DNA of 64,000 nt from Neodothiora populina (taxonomy: Eukaryota): the NCBI RefSeq assembly GCF_041146345.1, contig NW_027191411.1, positions 1,426,001 to 1,490,000 on the forward strand, written 5' to 3'. The translations under genes were made by a program, and so were the position numbers. Positions 35,145-47,522 of this stretch are shown here, piece by piece. The first letter of the stretch is position 1; the number at the start of each line of letters is the position of its first letter. The notes under the pieces are model-generated. The model did not search any database. It was not told where the DNA came from and saw only the letters and a program-made list of their open reading frames with translations.

Positions 35145-38100
35145 ATGGTGTTCGTCAAGCCAACCGTCGGTCTCCATCGTCTCGCGGTCACTGCCTTCAA
35201 GTCGTTCAACCATGGTGTTGCTGGCGCACTTGTAGCCGCCTCGCAGTCGTCCAACGCCTCACAAAACACAGCTACCCATCCTAAGGCCTATCTTAATCGA
35301 CTTGGCAAGGGCGACAAGGGCAGTCAGAATGGCCTTCATGCTACCCACTCTGCTCTTACGGGGAGAGTAGAGTCCGCAGATCATGATTCGAGTCTGGCAC
35401 AGTACTACGATGCATGGCAGAAGCATCAGAAGAACGGCGAAGTCCGCGACTTACAGCAGTTCCACTTTCAGAAACGACTACAGGATTCGTCGGCTGCCGA
35501 TGCCGATGCCCAGGAACGTGCTGATGTTGAAGGCGCCGTGCTGGATGACGGCTTGGAAGAAGTTGAATTGCTGCAAGAGAGGGGCGCATTGAAGAGATCT
35601 TACACGACTTCCGCAGTCGACAACTTCAGCAAGGCAATCGACAATGATGCCGTTGAGGCTTTGGCATTCGCCCAAGTCAACGAGGCAATCGCTGAGGAAG
35701 TCTCAAAGTCGAAACAGGAAGCCGAGGCTGCCGCGGGGATCGAGCTCTCGGATGTTAGAGAAGAAGACGACGCTGCTTCCGAGAAGACGGTGACGCTACA
35801 TGATGCCTCGTCAAATCAGAGGGAAGCCGTTGATGCTACACGCTCTCGTGCTAGCCGGGCCGTGTCTGCTCATGCCGAATTGTATGCAGAGCAGCTTTAC
35901 GATCTCATCAGGACTGGCCAACATGCTAAGGTGCCTGGGTACTTCGAGGCTATGCTGCGCTCCGGAGTTACGCAGCCCTCCCCTCTAGCATATCGCGCGC
36001 TCATGTCTTCGGCGATTGAACTTACCACTGGCAAGCACCAGAAGGTCCCCCGAGTATTGGAAGTCTTCTCAGACATGCTCCGCCGCAGCGTTGTCCCTGA
36101 TGCCGAAACATATGCTATGCTCGTCGACTCCTTGGCGGTCAGAGCACTAGATGCATCTGCCACCAAGCAAACTCTGGAAGAAAGGGCGAGCCGCTATGGT
36201 CCTCAAGGCTCTGGTGATAGCTTCCTCTTTCGCTCAGACGCGCTGGAATATGCCATCTTTTCTGAAGACCAATCGCTCAGCATTGCATTGTCCGCCTATA
36301 ACTCCGCCAATTCCTCTGTCCGCTTCTCTGGTCAGTCTTACACTCTTCTTATCACTGCTTGCGCCAAGCAGCGTCGCCTTTCAGACATGATCCGACTCTA
36401 CGAGCACATGTCAGGCGATGAGGTGGTGCCTTCCAGTGATGTCTTCCCGGCCATGATCAAGGCCTTCGGTTCCGTTGGTGATCTTCGCAATGCTGTCGAG
36501 GCGTACGATGAATACAAAGCTCTTGCTATTGCCAACAATTCTGGACTGAACAACATTGAACGTATGGATGACCAAGTTTATGCCGCTCTGATACATGCCT
36601 ACGCCTCGTCACAGGACTTGGTTGGGGCAAAGAAATTCATGTCACAAATTGAGGCTGCAGAAGGGAACGATCTTAAGCGTGAAGCTGTTCGCGACACACT
36701 TATCGCCGAGGCTTTCCTCCCTGCCGTTCTCAAAGCTGGCGATTTTGATGTCGCCTTTGAGATGACTGCGCAGCTATCACGGAAAAGCTCGGCTCTTGCC
36801 CTGACTCGCATGACTTTGACAACTGCAGATGGCAACAACCGAGCGATCAGCACAAAGGCCTTCAACGCCTTGGCGAAGAACGATGTCGACCTTGCGCCTG
36901 CTGCCATGGCCATGCTTGCCATGCATCTTCGCAACGCCAGCTTGGACGCAGCCGAGCCCTTCTGGCGTGTTCTTGAGAACTCAACCGCAACCTACTCGTT
37001 CATCGAACCTTCAACTATGCTGGCACTTGCCTTTATCAGCATTGGCCATGCAGAGAGAGGCCTATACCAGACCCGACAAATGTGGTCAAAGGTCCGACAG
37101 GGTCAATCTTCTGAGTCTACTGAAGCGGAGATCTCTGAAAGAATTGAAGAAGCCATCGAGCTTCTTGGACAGTCAGCTATCGAGTCAGGAAAGCCACTGA
37201 GAGTGGAAGCAAGTCTGGAGCTCCTACGCATGATGGTCGAAAATGGCGGCCTCGTGCATGGCCTTGCTGAGCATCTGGTGGCGTCGTTGGGCCCAGAGCA
37301 CATCTCAAGGCTGTTACCCGCTGACATATGTTTGCTCACCAAAATCCAATCCCGACTCATTCTCGACGAGTCCGCTCCCGAGATTGCCGGTCCTGCTAGG
37401 TTCGCTTGCCTCTTGGAAACGATCGTATCTAGGTCCATCCTTCCGGATGTCTCTACTGAAGACTTGATTGAGAAGACATTGATCAACATCGACCACAGCG
37501 ATCTTAGTCGCATTTGGAACAGCTACCGCTACCCGGTCTCGCACCCGGCATCTGCTCTTGGATTTTCTCCTCTCGCACCTTTTGCTCCTTATCAGGCTCC
37601 TCCCCCACCCGCACCAGTCCAGCCGGTCTACGACGACACTTTCGACCCATATGCCGGACAAACTGACAACAAGGGCTCTGTTGCCATTACTGATTTGCTC
37701 GAGAAATCACAAGGAAAGTCTGCGGCCACGTTGACGGAGGCTTTGACTAAGTTCCGCAACATTCGTCGCGCTGGTCGTCATCCCCGGTTCTTCGCTTATG
37801 CAAAGCTCATTACTGCTTCTGCCAAAGAAAACCAGCTCGACCTTGCTCACGACATTCTTGAGATGGCTAAGCGAGACGTTCCCTATGTTCCGCAATATCG
37901 CGTTGTGAGACATGGCTGGGTTACCATACTTGACTCAATGCTTGCTGCATGTCTGGTGGCTGGTCGTCGTGATTTGGCTGCAAGATATCATCAGGACCTG
38001 CTTGATATGGGAGCTGCTCCTTGTGCAAACACATACGGCCTCTACATTACCACTCTCAAGGAAAGCACTAAGACCTTCGACGAAGCTTCCGAAGCAGTTA

Positions 38101-39038
38101 AGATCTTCTTGCGTGCCAAGTCAGAGGGAGTTGAGCCATCATCATTCTTGTACAACGCGCTCATCGGCAAGCTTGGCAAGGCTCGACGCATTGACGACTG
38201 TCTTTTCTACTTTGCGGAGATGCGCCACCTTGGTGTGCGCCCTACATCTGTTACTTACGGCACTATTGTGAATGCGCTGTGCCGCGTGAGTGATGACAAG
38301 TTCGCCGAAGAAATATTCGAGGAGATGGAAAGCTGCGCCAACTACAAGCCTCGCCCGGCTCCTTACCACAGCTTGATGCAGTATTTTCTCACTACCAAGC
38401 GCGACCGAAGCAAGGTTTTGAGCTACTACGAGCGCATGCTTTCCAAGGGTATACGACCTACCATGCATACCTACAAGCTCCTCATTGATGCTCATGCCAC
38501 TCTTGAGCCTATCAACATGGCTGCAGGCGAGCAGGTACTGGAACAAATGCGCGCGGCCGGCGATTATCCCGAGGCGGTACATTTCGCATCCTTGATTCAC
38601 GCCAAGGGCTGTGTCCAGCACGATATGGAAGGCGCTCGCGCTCTCTTTGATTCCGTACTTGCTGACACCCGCATTCGTCTTCAGCCGTGCTTATACCAGG
38701 CACTGTTTGAGTCGCTTGTTGCGAACCATCAAGTCGGCGACGCTGGACGTTACCTTGCTGACATGGCAAAGCGCAGGGTTGAGATGACCCCTTATATCGC
38801 CAACGCGTTGATCCATGGCTGGACGCTCGAGAAGGACATCTCGCGGGCCGAGCAAGCATATGCACGTGTCTCTCTTGTGCATCGCGAGCCGAGCACATAT
38901 GAAGCAATGATTCGAGCTTACCTGGCAGTGCAGGATCGAGATGGTGCGGCTCAGGTAGCAAAGGAGGCTCTGAGCCGTGGCTACCCTGCCGCCGTTTCAA
39001 CCAAGATTGCCGAACTTCTTGGTGGTGGAAGAGTCTGA
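35145..39038 (+). CDS. Mitochondrial pentatricopeptide-repeat protein, Ppr5-like (1297 aa, single exon)
   Basis: Tandem 35-aa PPR motifs in the C-terminal third (e.g. LYNALIGKLGKARRIDDCLFYFAEMRHLGVRPTSV, TYGTIVNALCRV...) and a presequence-like N-terminus. Assignment to the S. pombe Ppr5 clade is inferred. Confidence 0.85.
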   Translation: MVFVKPTVGLHRLAVTAFKSFNHGVAGALVAASQSSNASQNTATHPKAYLNRLGKGDKGSQNGLHATHSALTGRVESADHDSSLAQYYDAWQKHQKNGEVRDLQQFHFQKRLQDSSAADADAQERADVEGAVLDDGLEEVELLQERGALKRSYTTSAVDNFSKAIDNDAVEALAFAQVNEAIAEEVSKSKQEAEAAAGIELSDVREEDDAASEKTVTLHDASSNQREAVDATRSRASRAVSAHAELYAEQLYDLIRTGQHAKVPGYFEAMLRSGVTQPSPLAYRALMSSAIELTTGKHQKVPRVLEVFSDMLRRSVVPDAETYAMLVDSLAVRALDASATKQTLEERASRYGPQGSGDSFLFRSDALEYAIFSEDQSLSIALSAYNSANSSVRFSGQSYTLLITACAKQRRLSDMIRLYEHMSGDEVVPSSDVFPAMIKAFGSVGDLRNAVEAYDEYKALAIANNSGLNNIERMDDQVYAALIHAYASSQDLVGAKKFMSQIEAAEGNDLKREAVRDTLIAEAFLPAVLKAGDFDVAFEMTAQLSRKSSALALTRMTLTTADGNNRAISTKAFNALAKNDVDLAPAAMAMLAMHLRNASLDAAEPFWRVLENSTATYSFIEPSTMLALAFISIGHAERGLYQTRQMWSKVRQGQSSESTEAEISERIEEAIELLGQSAIESGKPLRVEASLELLRMMVENGGLVHGLAEHLVASLGPEHISRLLPADICLLTKIQSRLILDESAPEIAGPARFACLLETIVSRSILPDVSTEDLIEKTLINIDHSDLSRIWNSYRYPVSHPASALGFSPLAPFAPYQAPPPPAPVQPVYDDTFDPYAGQTDNKGSVAITDLLEKSQGKSAATLTEALTKFRNIRRAGRHPRFFAYAKLITASAKENQLDLAHDILEMAKRDVPYVPQYRVVRHGWVTILDSMLAACLVAGRRDLAARYHQDLLDMGAAPCANTYGLYITTLKESTKTFDEASEAVKIFLRAKSEGVEPSSFLYNALIGKLGKARRIDDCLFYFAEMRHLGVRPTSVTYGTIVNALCRVSDDKFAEEIFEEMESCANYKPRPAPYHSLMQYFLTTKRDRSKVLSYYERMLSKGIRPTMHTYKLLIDAHATLEPINMAAGEQVLEQMRAAGDYPEAVHFASLIHAKGCVQHDMEGARALFDSVLADTRIRLQPCLYQALFESLVANHQVGDAGRYLADMAKRRVEMTPYIANALIHGWTLEKDISRAEQAYARVSLVHREPSTYEAMIRAYLAVQDRDGAAQVAKEALSRGYPAAVSTKIAELLGGGRV

Positions 39039-39392
39039 GACCATATTCCTTGATCGCAAGTTCGCACTTTTATGTTATACAAAGGGGTCAGCGCCGGCTT
39101 ATGGCGCGGCTGAATGGCGTTTTTGGCTGAGTCTCGGCGTAGAACTGTGAGCTCACAAACATAGTGAGAGACTCGCGAAATGGGAAAGTCTATGTCGTTT
39201 TAGCGAGCGTTGCTGTTTTTCCTGTAAGATATCCCGGACGATTCGACGAATCTGTTCATGAAACCTCCACTCTGCTGGCCTCGTGGCCGTCGAAATTCGA
39301 CATAATTAGATATTTTGAGAAATCGAACAAGTCCAAAACTTCATACGTCTGAAATATCTGCATATCGTCAATCATGATGCAATTACCGACTA

Positions 39393-41248
39393 TCAGTCAA
39401 GGGCGTCCACCCCGTGTCTTGCTCGGTTTTTCGCCACCCGTCTAGCATAAGACTCATGCCACGCCTTTGTATGACCCTCTGTTAAAGGTCTCCCGTCTAA
39501 CACTGCGCGCTGATTAACAATATCCATCAATTCATTGACGTATTTAATCTCTTCGCCTTCCCCACGTAACGAATGGAAACTCCGCCCAGCAGACTTTTCG
39601 GCGGTCTTCGCCACGTACTCTCTCCTCATCTCGACCTCACTCGGCAGCGACGAGCGCCCACTATACACGGCCGCGACCGCCATACCCTGAAAGTCGAAGC
39701 AAGAGAAAGTCGCCACGTGATAGGGCACGCCGATGAACGCCAGCGTCGGATCAGGTATGTAAAAGATATCCTTGTGCAGATTATGCGTCCGCTGGCCTTC
39801 GCGGGTGACCAGCACCGTGTCGTTCGCGTCTTCGGGGCTGAGGCTGTCATCGTGGAACGCGCGCAGGAACGGATACGACATGTGATAGCCGGTGCAAAGA
39901 ATGACTTTGTGGATCCCCGTGAGCGTCTCGCCGGACTTGAGGTGGACGCCCAGGGGAATGGAGCTGTCGGCGGCGAGTGAGACGTTGTCAGCAACATCGT
40001 CGTTGTTGTTCTTGACGATCTCTTGGAATCCGGCGATGTCGCCGACTCGGATCGTGGGAAACATGGACGCTGCCAAGTCATACGCGCCTCCTCTGCTGAC
40101 TTGGTAGATGTTTGCCGCGCTGGGGGCCAGTTCTCGGGATATGTCCCATGCGGAAACGCCAGAGCCGATGATGAGGATGTTCTGGTTCTCGAAGCCGCTG
40201 GCGTTGCGATAGCTTTTCGAGTGAAAGACTCGATCCGGCCAGTGGGCTTTCCATTCCTTGAGACCGCGGATGTCGGGGATGTTGCAGGCGTGGTAATGGC
40301 CGCTGGCGACCACTACGGCGTCGAAGTCCTGACGAGCAAAGGTCGCGTTAGCAAGAACAGACATGCAGACTGGCTTACACCATGTCAAATGTTGGTTTAC
40401 CTCAGTAGACTCGCACACTCGAGATGGTTCGTCTTCGTTGCTGATCAGTTCAGAGGTTCGCACGCTCCATTTCGCGCCTTCCTTTTGAATTTCTTCGACC
40501 CGGGTGTTGAATCGAAGAACGGGGTCCAGACCTGTCTTCCTAGCTGTATCCTGGATGTACTCTGCGATGACAGTGTGAGGGACGTATTCCTCTGTTCCAC
40601 TCGGCCAGCTATTCGTTCTGAGTTCCATCTCGATGGTCGAGACATTGTTCTTCAATCCGACGTAGCAGGGTCTTTTTGAAACGTGGTCAGCTTATGTTGA
40701 TCTTTTCTCCCTGAAACATCTCTGAGTTCAGGTTCAAATTCCCTTACCCAGGCGGAGCGTGAAGCAAGACGAGGTCAGCTGCAGATACTGATTGGCCTTC
40801 CTCATCCTCTTCCATAGGACTGTCCGCCTTGTCCGACCGAGCAGGTTTTCGGTCCCTCAATGGCTCCTCTTCCACCACTTTTCGAGAGGCAAGGATGCGC
40901 TCGTACCCAGGAGAATCTCCTAATGAGGGCAACGTAGAAGGGTATGCTGGCTCTCGCGGAAGGCGCTCATTATACACCCTGTCAACATTCAAACAGAAAC
41001 GTCCGCAAGTCAGTCATACTACTCACGCAAACGCTGAAGTTTGTAGATCTCGATAATGTACATCTGTCTATGCGGAGTAGAAAGGGAAGGGAAGGGAAGT
41101 GGATGAGGAAATGCACTCACCAAACGCCTCCGGCTTGCGGGCTCCGTTCGAAGACTGTCACATCGAGCCCTTCTCGCTTTAGGTGAGCGGCGGTCGAGAC
41201 TCCACTTACTCCTGCTCCAATGACAGCTACCTTTTTGACGCTGTTCAT
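39393..41248 (-). CDS. Flavin-containing monooxygenase (Fmo1/thiol-specific type), 4 exons
   Basis: KKVAVIGAGVSG (FAD site), VFER...GGVW, PCYVGLKNNV, DAVVVASGHY, FHSKSYR (FMO motif), IIGSGVSAWDI (NADPH site), LCTGY. Introns at ~41120-40980, ~40747-40672 and 40400-40329. Confidence 0.92.
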
Positions 41249-42452
41249 CGTGGTGTGTTCCCGTACTAGGGTTGGGTAGGTTAGAGGAAGAAGCTCTCGA
41301 CCCTTTCTCTTTCTTTCTGAATCCTTTACTTGCAGATGCACACAAGAGACACGAAAGTAGAAGCAAAAACCAAAGACAGTGACAGAATAAGAAACCTGAC
41401 CTGTAAAACGTAAACCAACAACCTCTATATCAAGAATATCAGTCACTCTATTTCCCACAGACGATATGCAAAAGATATCAGAAGCCAGTAGACCATAGAT
41501 TAATCACTGCTAATGCTTTGTCATTCACAAGCAATGCAACCACCAAATCCAGCTACCGAGAGCGAGAGTAAGGAGCAGGCAGAGGGGCAAAAAGGAAAGG
41601 AATATGCGATAGTGGAGACATAGCACGCAAAATACAACCGCTATATGCACGTATGACATGACAGCGATCTATCAAACGCAACTCCCAAGTCCCCAACAAC
41701 GGAGCGACACCCAGCAGCGAGAGCCTTGCGAGAGCCTCGCGAGAGCCACATTGCATACTCCATAAAACGATAGAGCCATCGGGTGGGGATGGTTGGTTCG
41801 TAGGTGACCGACAAGATCACTATACAGTAAAGTTGGGAACCAAGCCCCATGCTGCTGCGACGCTAAGCTTCTAACGCGAGAGCACGCCATAGCTCCTCTC
41901 ACTTGCCTCTTCTCTCTCGAGACTTGAACGTCGTTTCTGGGGTCACTGCCGAGCGCGAACGCGCATATCGCTCCCTGTGGAGACATGGATCTCGGTCCTC
42001 CATGGTTTTCCGGTGCGGCGGACAGCGGTTCCTTCGGGTTTAGATAAGAGAGGTGTTTGTGTTGTTGGAGCATGAGCGAAGGGGTTTGACGTGGCTTGAT
42101 CAGGGTTTGAGGAATGGACTTTCCACTTGTGTACAGTAATCATATGCAATAGTATAATCGAACGTGATGTGCTTTCAAAAACTAGCGATTGAGGCGCTGT
42201 ATATGGTTATACATCTCTAGGTACGTTTGCAATGCAAGTGCCAAATCATGGAATTCGAAAAGGTAAACCATAATCATCAACCAACATACCGCCAATGTAT
42301 ATACTTTTTCTGTACAGCCCGATTCCTATCTATCTTGGACATGATATGCGTGTTCCACTGCACTGGCTCGGTGCAAAAACCAAATTCGCGACATCAAAAC
42401 ATTTGTACTAATTGAGTCATATCCTCTATCAATCATGGGAGCCATGTGTCCA

Positions 42453-44582
42453 TCATAGCTTTGGGTTGAAGTTGACCTCTTCTCGCTGGGCTAGATTGCC
42501 TTCGTCGGAGGAGTCTTCGCTCTGCCCTTCATTGACCAGGTATGCTGGGCGTCTGCGTTGCGTAGTGTCAGTCGGACGATCATCTGTCTAGTAATTGCAC
42601 TCGAGGATGCATGTTCGTTACTCACCTGGCAAGTTCTCTCTTATGCAGAATCCGTGTTAAAAAGGCGGTAGCGATCATAAGTGCAGAAACGCAGGTTGCC
42701 ATAATGTATCCCTTTCGATATCGTGGAGCATCCACTTGTTTCCAAACAAGCAACGGAAGCCAGGCTTGGAAGACGTAGGCCATCTCGTTCATCACTCCTA
42801 TCACGAGTGCTCGCTCTTCGTTGTCTTCGGTACAAATCTCATGTGCCCATCTGTAGAAAATCGTGTGTCAGCTCAGATACGATCGCACTCTGTAGGATGA
42901 ATTACTCACGCCATCATCAAACCAGAAAGGCCATTACCGCAGCCCATAAGTACAAGACATGCCCACTTCCACTTTAATGCAATGTTCCATGCTGCCAGTG
43001 ATGAATAGCACACGATGTTCATGATCTAGATATGGCTGTGTCAGCATAGGGTTTTGTGCTCAAAAGAATGCTCGTTCACTTACTCCACCAAAAACAATGC
43101 CTGGCCATCTGGCACCCTTGAATAACCCATCAGAAGTCCATGCATATATTAGTGTAGTGACAATCTGCACTGCGTTTGTTGTGGTTGGGTATACATTGAT
43201 CTGAGAGACAGTGTACTTGGGATCCTTGGACGCTTTCAAGAATTGTGAGAAGACTGGGGCGGCCGCAGCGTTGCCATTGTTGAAGGTTCTAGGCGAGTCA
43301 GATTTGCGAACAAATAAGAGGGCAGTGTTATGCATACATGTACAGGACAGGCAGGACGTAGATATGCCAGGAGCTGAAGATCTTGAGCAGCTTCGCTTTT
43401 GTGTATGGTGCTCGATTCTTGCGGCCTTCGAGTGACATGCGTTTTTGTCCAAATGCACGCTCCTTGTCTAGTGTCAGTTTATTGTGTTTTATGGAGGATT
43501 TCTTTCTGTCTCACCTCCGGCGTAAGGTATGGCGCTCTGCAAATCTCCGGTACATCTGGAAGTAGCCAATAGCCGGCGAGTGCGATTGGCATGGAAATAC
43601 AGCCATCAATGATGAAAAGCCATTGCCATCCCTTGTAACCAGATACACCGTCAAGATTGTACACGGCAGCCATAAGATAACCCGAGAACATTGACGCGAT
43701 GGCAGAGCTTGTATGGAAAATACACGACCGCTTAGCAAGCTCTTCGCGTCTGTACCAGGAGCCGATGATGTATCTATGGAGATATGCGGTTAGTTATCTA
43801 TGTCATAGAAAGTATGCGTTTCGCACTTACTGCATGCCAGGGTAGAAAGCACTTTCTGCAAGACCTTTGTTCATCTGTCAATCGTGATGGTCTTCATGCT
43901 TTGACGGTCTGAAAGCTTACCAACGAAGAACCTAACCGCATATATCTGCTTTGCAGAATTGCATCGAGACAGGCAAAAAGTGCATATAGTCCATACCACC
44001 TAACATGACATATCAGTATAAAAGTCGTTTAGACGATGAGGGAGTGACCAACTTCAACTGTAGGAATCCAGATCGAAGGTCGGACTCGCGTCAGGATCAA
44101 GTTGCCTGCCTTGTCAGATTGAATGCCACGATATAGATCGATCAATGACACTCACTAGGGATTTGTCCAATCACATAACCCACCGTCCACAGCGTTTGCA
44201 TATAATTCAATTCGTCACCATAAAGATTCAAGTCCTCTTTCCTGTGCTCATGTCAGCGAAAGAGACAATCAAGAAGATTTTGATCGTCAAGACTCACATG
44301 CCAGAGACAAAAGCATTGTTGATGTTGCTCTGATCCAGGTTTTTGATGAAGTAACCTTTCCCCTAGTCAATAATGTATCTTCAGAGTATGTCTTTATCAG
44401 ATCTCACCAAGCGAGGCGAACGTAAGCAGAGCTGCATCGAGCTTGAACAAGAACTTGCGCTCCTCTGGAGTCTTGTCTAAGGAATCCCAGACGTAGCTCT
44501 GCCATTTCCTTTTTGGCTCCTTCTGCACAGCCCTCTCAGCTATCTCGTCCACTGGGTACTCAGGTTGCTTGGTATGACCCAT
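42453..44582 (-). CDS. MFS allantoate-family permease (Seo1/Fen2/Liz1 type), about 12 exons
   Basis: Spliced protein ERKFLFKLD...[24 protein letters not shown]...[14 protein letters not shown]...[14 protein letters not shown]...[12 protein letters not shown]...[10 protein letters not shown]...[15 protein letters not shown]. About 11 short introns. Confidence 0.9.
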
Positions 44583-45815
44583 CCTTGTCTGAGTTAAGAT
44601 ACGATCCAGGAGAGGAAGGAGTGTAGGAAAGAGTGACTTGATAAAGCAAATAGGACGATCAACACAATACTACCTTTTATTACAATGTGCGACAGCGACA
44701 GTCCTTGTAAGATCGCTTTACCAGAGGCTGGACACATCCGGCTATACAGCGAGCAGATGGCAAAAGCGCTTGTCTCAACGTACAGTCGAGTGTAGCTGCG
44801 AGCGGATGTCGCGCCCCTGCCCGGAAGATAGTCCCACCTGATAGACACGATAAATCAATTGCGTGCTTCCTTCCACATGCCGTTGCCATTACTCTGACTC
44901 CGCTGATCTCGAAAAGCAGGATTCAATTGGTCCCGCAGAATGTTGCCATATGTACGTGCAACATCTGAGGGTGACCTAACCAGCATATTGCGTGCGGTCG
45001 AGGCTTGCGTGCGTGCTCGTGTGGCAGTCGATGCGGCGCCGATGCGGATCACCTACTGTGTCTTGCTCGGATAACATTCCTGGTCGTATACAATGTTCTT
45101 CGATGTGGACTCACTCTGGGAGTTCACAGACGTATTATCCGTTCGTCGAAGCCTGATATGCGATGTTGTCAGAGCAATCAAGGATGTGGGGAAAGTTCAT
45201 TACATCAAGTGGTGCTCTGGCCTACCACTAATTAATCAACACCAAGCTTCCTACTACAAACTGACAAGCATGCATCAAAGCGGGGTATGCTCAATGCTTG
45301 TGATAGAAACAACATGGGTAGAATAAGTCAAGGAGAGATGTCGTGATGTTGCGAAATCTTGCTGAATAAGCATTCCTTCCAATCAACATCCACTGCTGGT
45401 CATCCTACCATACCATGGTCGACACAATGTTCATTAGCTAGCGTCGATCATTTTGGAATGCTGCGTGCTGTGTGAAATGCCATTGACATCCGCAGCAAGG
45501 TTGCTATGATCGGCAATTATTCATGTTCTTCTGGTTGAGGAGTACATCATTTCAGATATTGTGTCGACATGACAGTGGCTCACACAGGTCCAATGGCTAG
45601 CTCTGCCGGATCAGGACCGCCCCGATTACATGCATCTGGCCGTTCTACGGCCTGCTATCTAGTGATTGTGGTGGGGTTGATTGTAGTGGGGAGGATGAGA
45701 AGGATGAGGAGCCCGGGTCGATATATATTCACCCTCTCAGACGTAATCATGAACTCAGTCGCTCTTCATCACTTCTGCATTCATCACTAGTTTATATAAG
45801 AGCATAAAAACGATC

Positions 45816-47081
45816 ATGGCCCCTTCAGCTATCGATCCCGAGATCAAGGATGTCATACAACCAAAGAAAGATACCCTAGGACTCCCCAAGGCTGCTCGAG
45901 CACGTCTCGAGAAAGCGAATGTCGATCTATCGGAAGGCTACCCGTACCGCCCAGCAAGGCCAGTGTACCTCCAAGACGCTTTCAACGTCCGCAACAAGCC
46001 CTGGGAGCACGTCGATGCCGGGGCGAGGGCTGATAAGTCCAAGAAAGCCTTGCTGAGTGCAGCTACGAAGGTGACTGATCTGACAGCGCACATTGGAACT
46101 GAGATTGTTGGTCTGCAACTCAAGGACCTGACAGACCAACAGCGAGATGAGCTCGCTCTCTTGATTGCTGAACGCAGTGTTGTGTTCTTCCGTGACCAAG
46201 ATCTCTCCCCCCAACAGCAGAAAGAGCTTGGCGAATACTACGGCAAGATCGAGGTCCACCCTCAAGTACCTCACGTACCCGGCGTTGAAGGTGTCACGGT
46301 CATGTGGCCTGCTCTCGCAGCTCAGGAGCGAGCAGCCAACTTCAGAAACCCAGGTGGAGCGTCTAGATGGCACACTGACCTGACCCACGAGTTGCAGCCT
46401 GCTGCAATTACGCATTTACACAATGACACTGTTCCATCGGTCGGTGGTGACACACTTTGGGCATCCGGCTACTCGGCCTATGAAAAACTCTCGCCAGAGT
46501 TTCGTAAGATCATTGACGGACGCGAGGCTGTGTACAGATCCGCACACTCGTACTTGGATCGTGATGACCCTAATGCAGGCCCTAAATATATCGAGCGTGT
46601 GCACCCGATCGTTAGAGTCCATCCTGCTACTGGTTGGAAGAGTTTGTTCGTCAACCGAGCATACACGAAGAAGATCGTAGGACTTGATAAGGCAGAGAGT
46701 GACGTGATTCTCGGCTATCTGTTCGACGTCTACGAGCGTGTAAGCAAACTCCACGATTAGTCACTCGGTAGATCAGTGCTAACATATCCTCAGAATGTCG
46801 ATATCCAATTGCGCTGGAAGTGGACGCCAGGCTCGAGTGCGCTATGGGACAACAGGTACTTGCCAAGTTCTCACAAATACTTGTCGCTATGCAATGTCAG
46901 CTAATCATATTTATCCAGAGTTACCATCCATAACGCCAGTTGGGATTATGAGGGCAATGAGCCGAGACACGGTACTAGAGTTACTTCTCTAGGCGAGAAG
47001 CCGTTCTTCGATGCCAATGCACCAACGAGAAGACATGCATTGGGCATTGATACTAATGACGAGAGTGTCAAGCGTGACTAG
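45816..47081 (+). CDS. Fe(II)/alpha-ketoglutarate sulfonate dioxygenase (TauD/Jlp1 family), 3 exons
   Basis: IGTEIVG, LIAERSVVFFRDQ, WHTD (HxD), GGDTLWASGY, HPIVRVHPATGWKSLFVN, LWDNRVTIHNA...RHG. Introns at ~46739-46793 and ~46856-46918. Stop at 47081. Confidence 0.93.
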
Positions 47082-47522
47082 AAAGCAGCGGATGGATTCT
47101 TTAATCTGTCGCACGGCAAGTGAGGCCAGGTAGATTTAGCAGTAACGAAGAATATGAGGCGGCATCGTCTTCGAACCATAAGTACATTTCCCAACAAATG
47201 TGATTGTTCAGCATGTACAGTAAATCTCGCCGCTGCAACGCAATCTGATAGTAGCTTCCGTTGACTCTCTCATATCGGTGCACAAGTTGGGCAATCCAGG
47301 AAGTAAGGCAATAGATCAGTAAAAATCTAGTCAAACCCTCTGGAGCATTACAACGTGGACCAAAACATTTGGGTGAAAGGTTGGACGAGCTACTTGGCGT
47401 ATCCCATTAATGCAGAAACTATGAGTCAAAGCACATAGCATCAAGAGATCACCTCAAACTTCAGATGTTTAGCGCGAGATATTGAAGGGCCAAAAACAAG
47501 AATGCAAAAGTTACAAGTGCAA

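Noticed and set aside
42453..42464. PTS1-like C-terminus (PKL) on the MFS permease
   Set aside because: Polytopic membrane proteins do not use PTS1 import.
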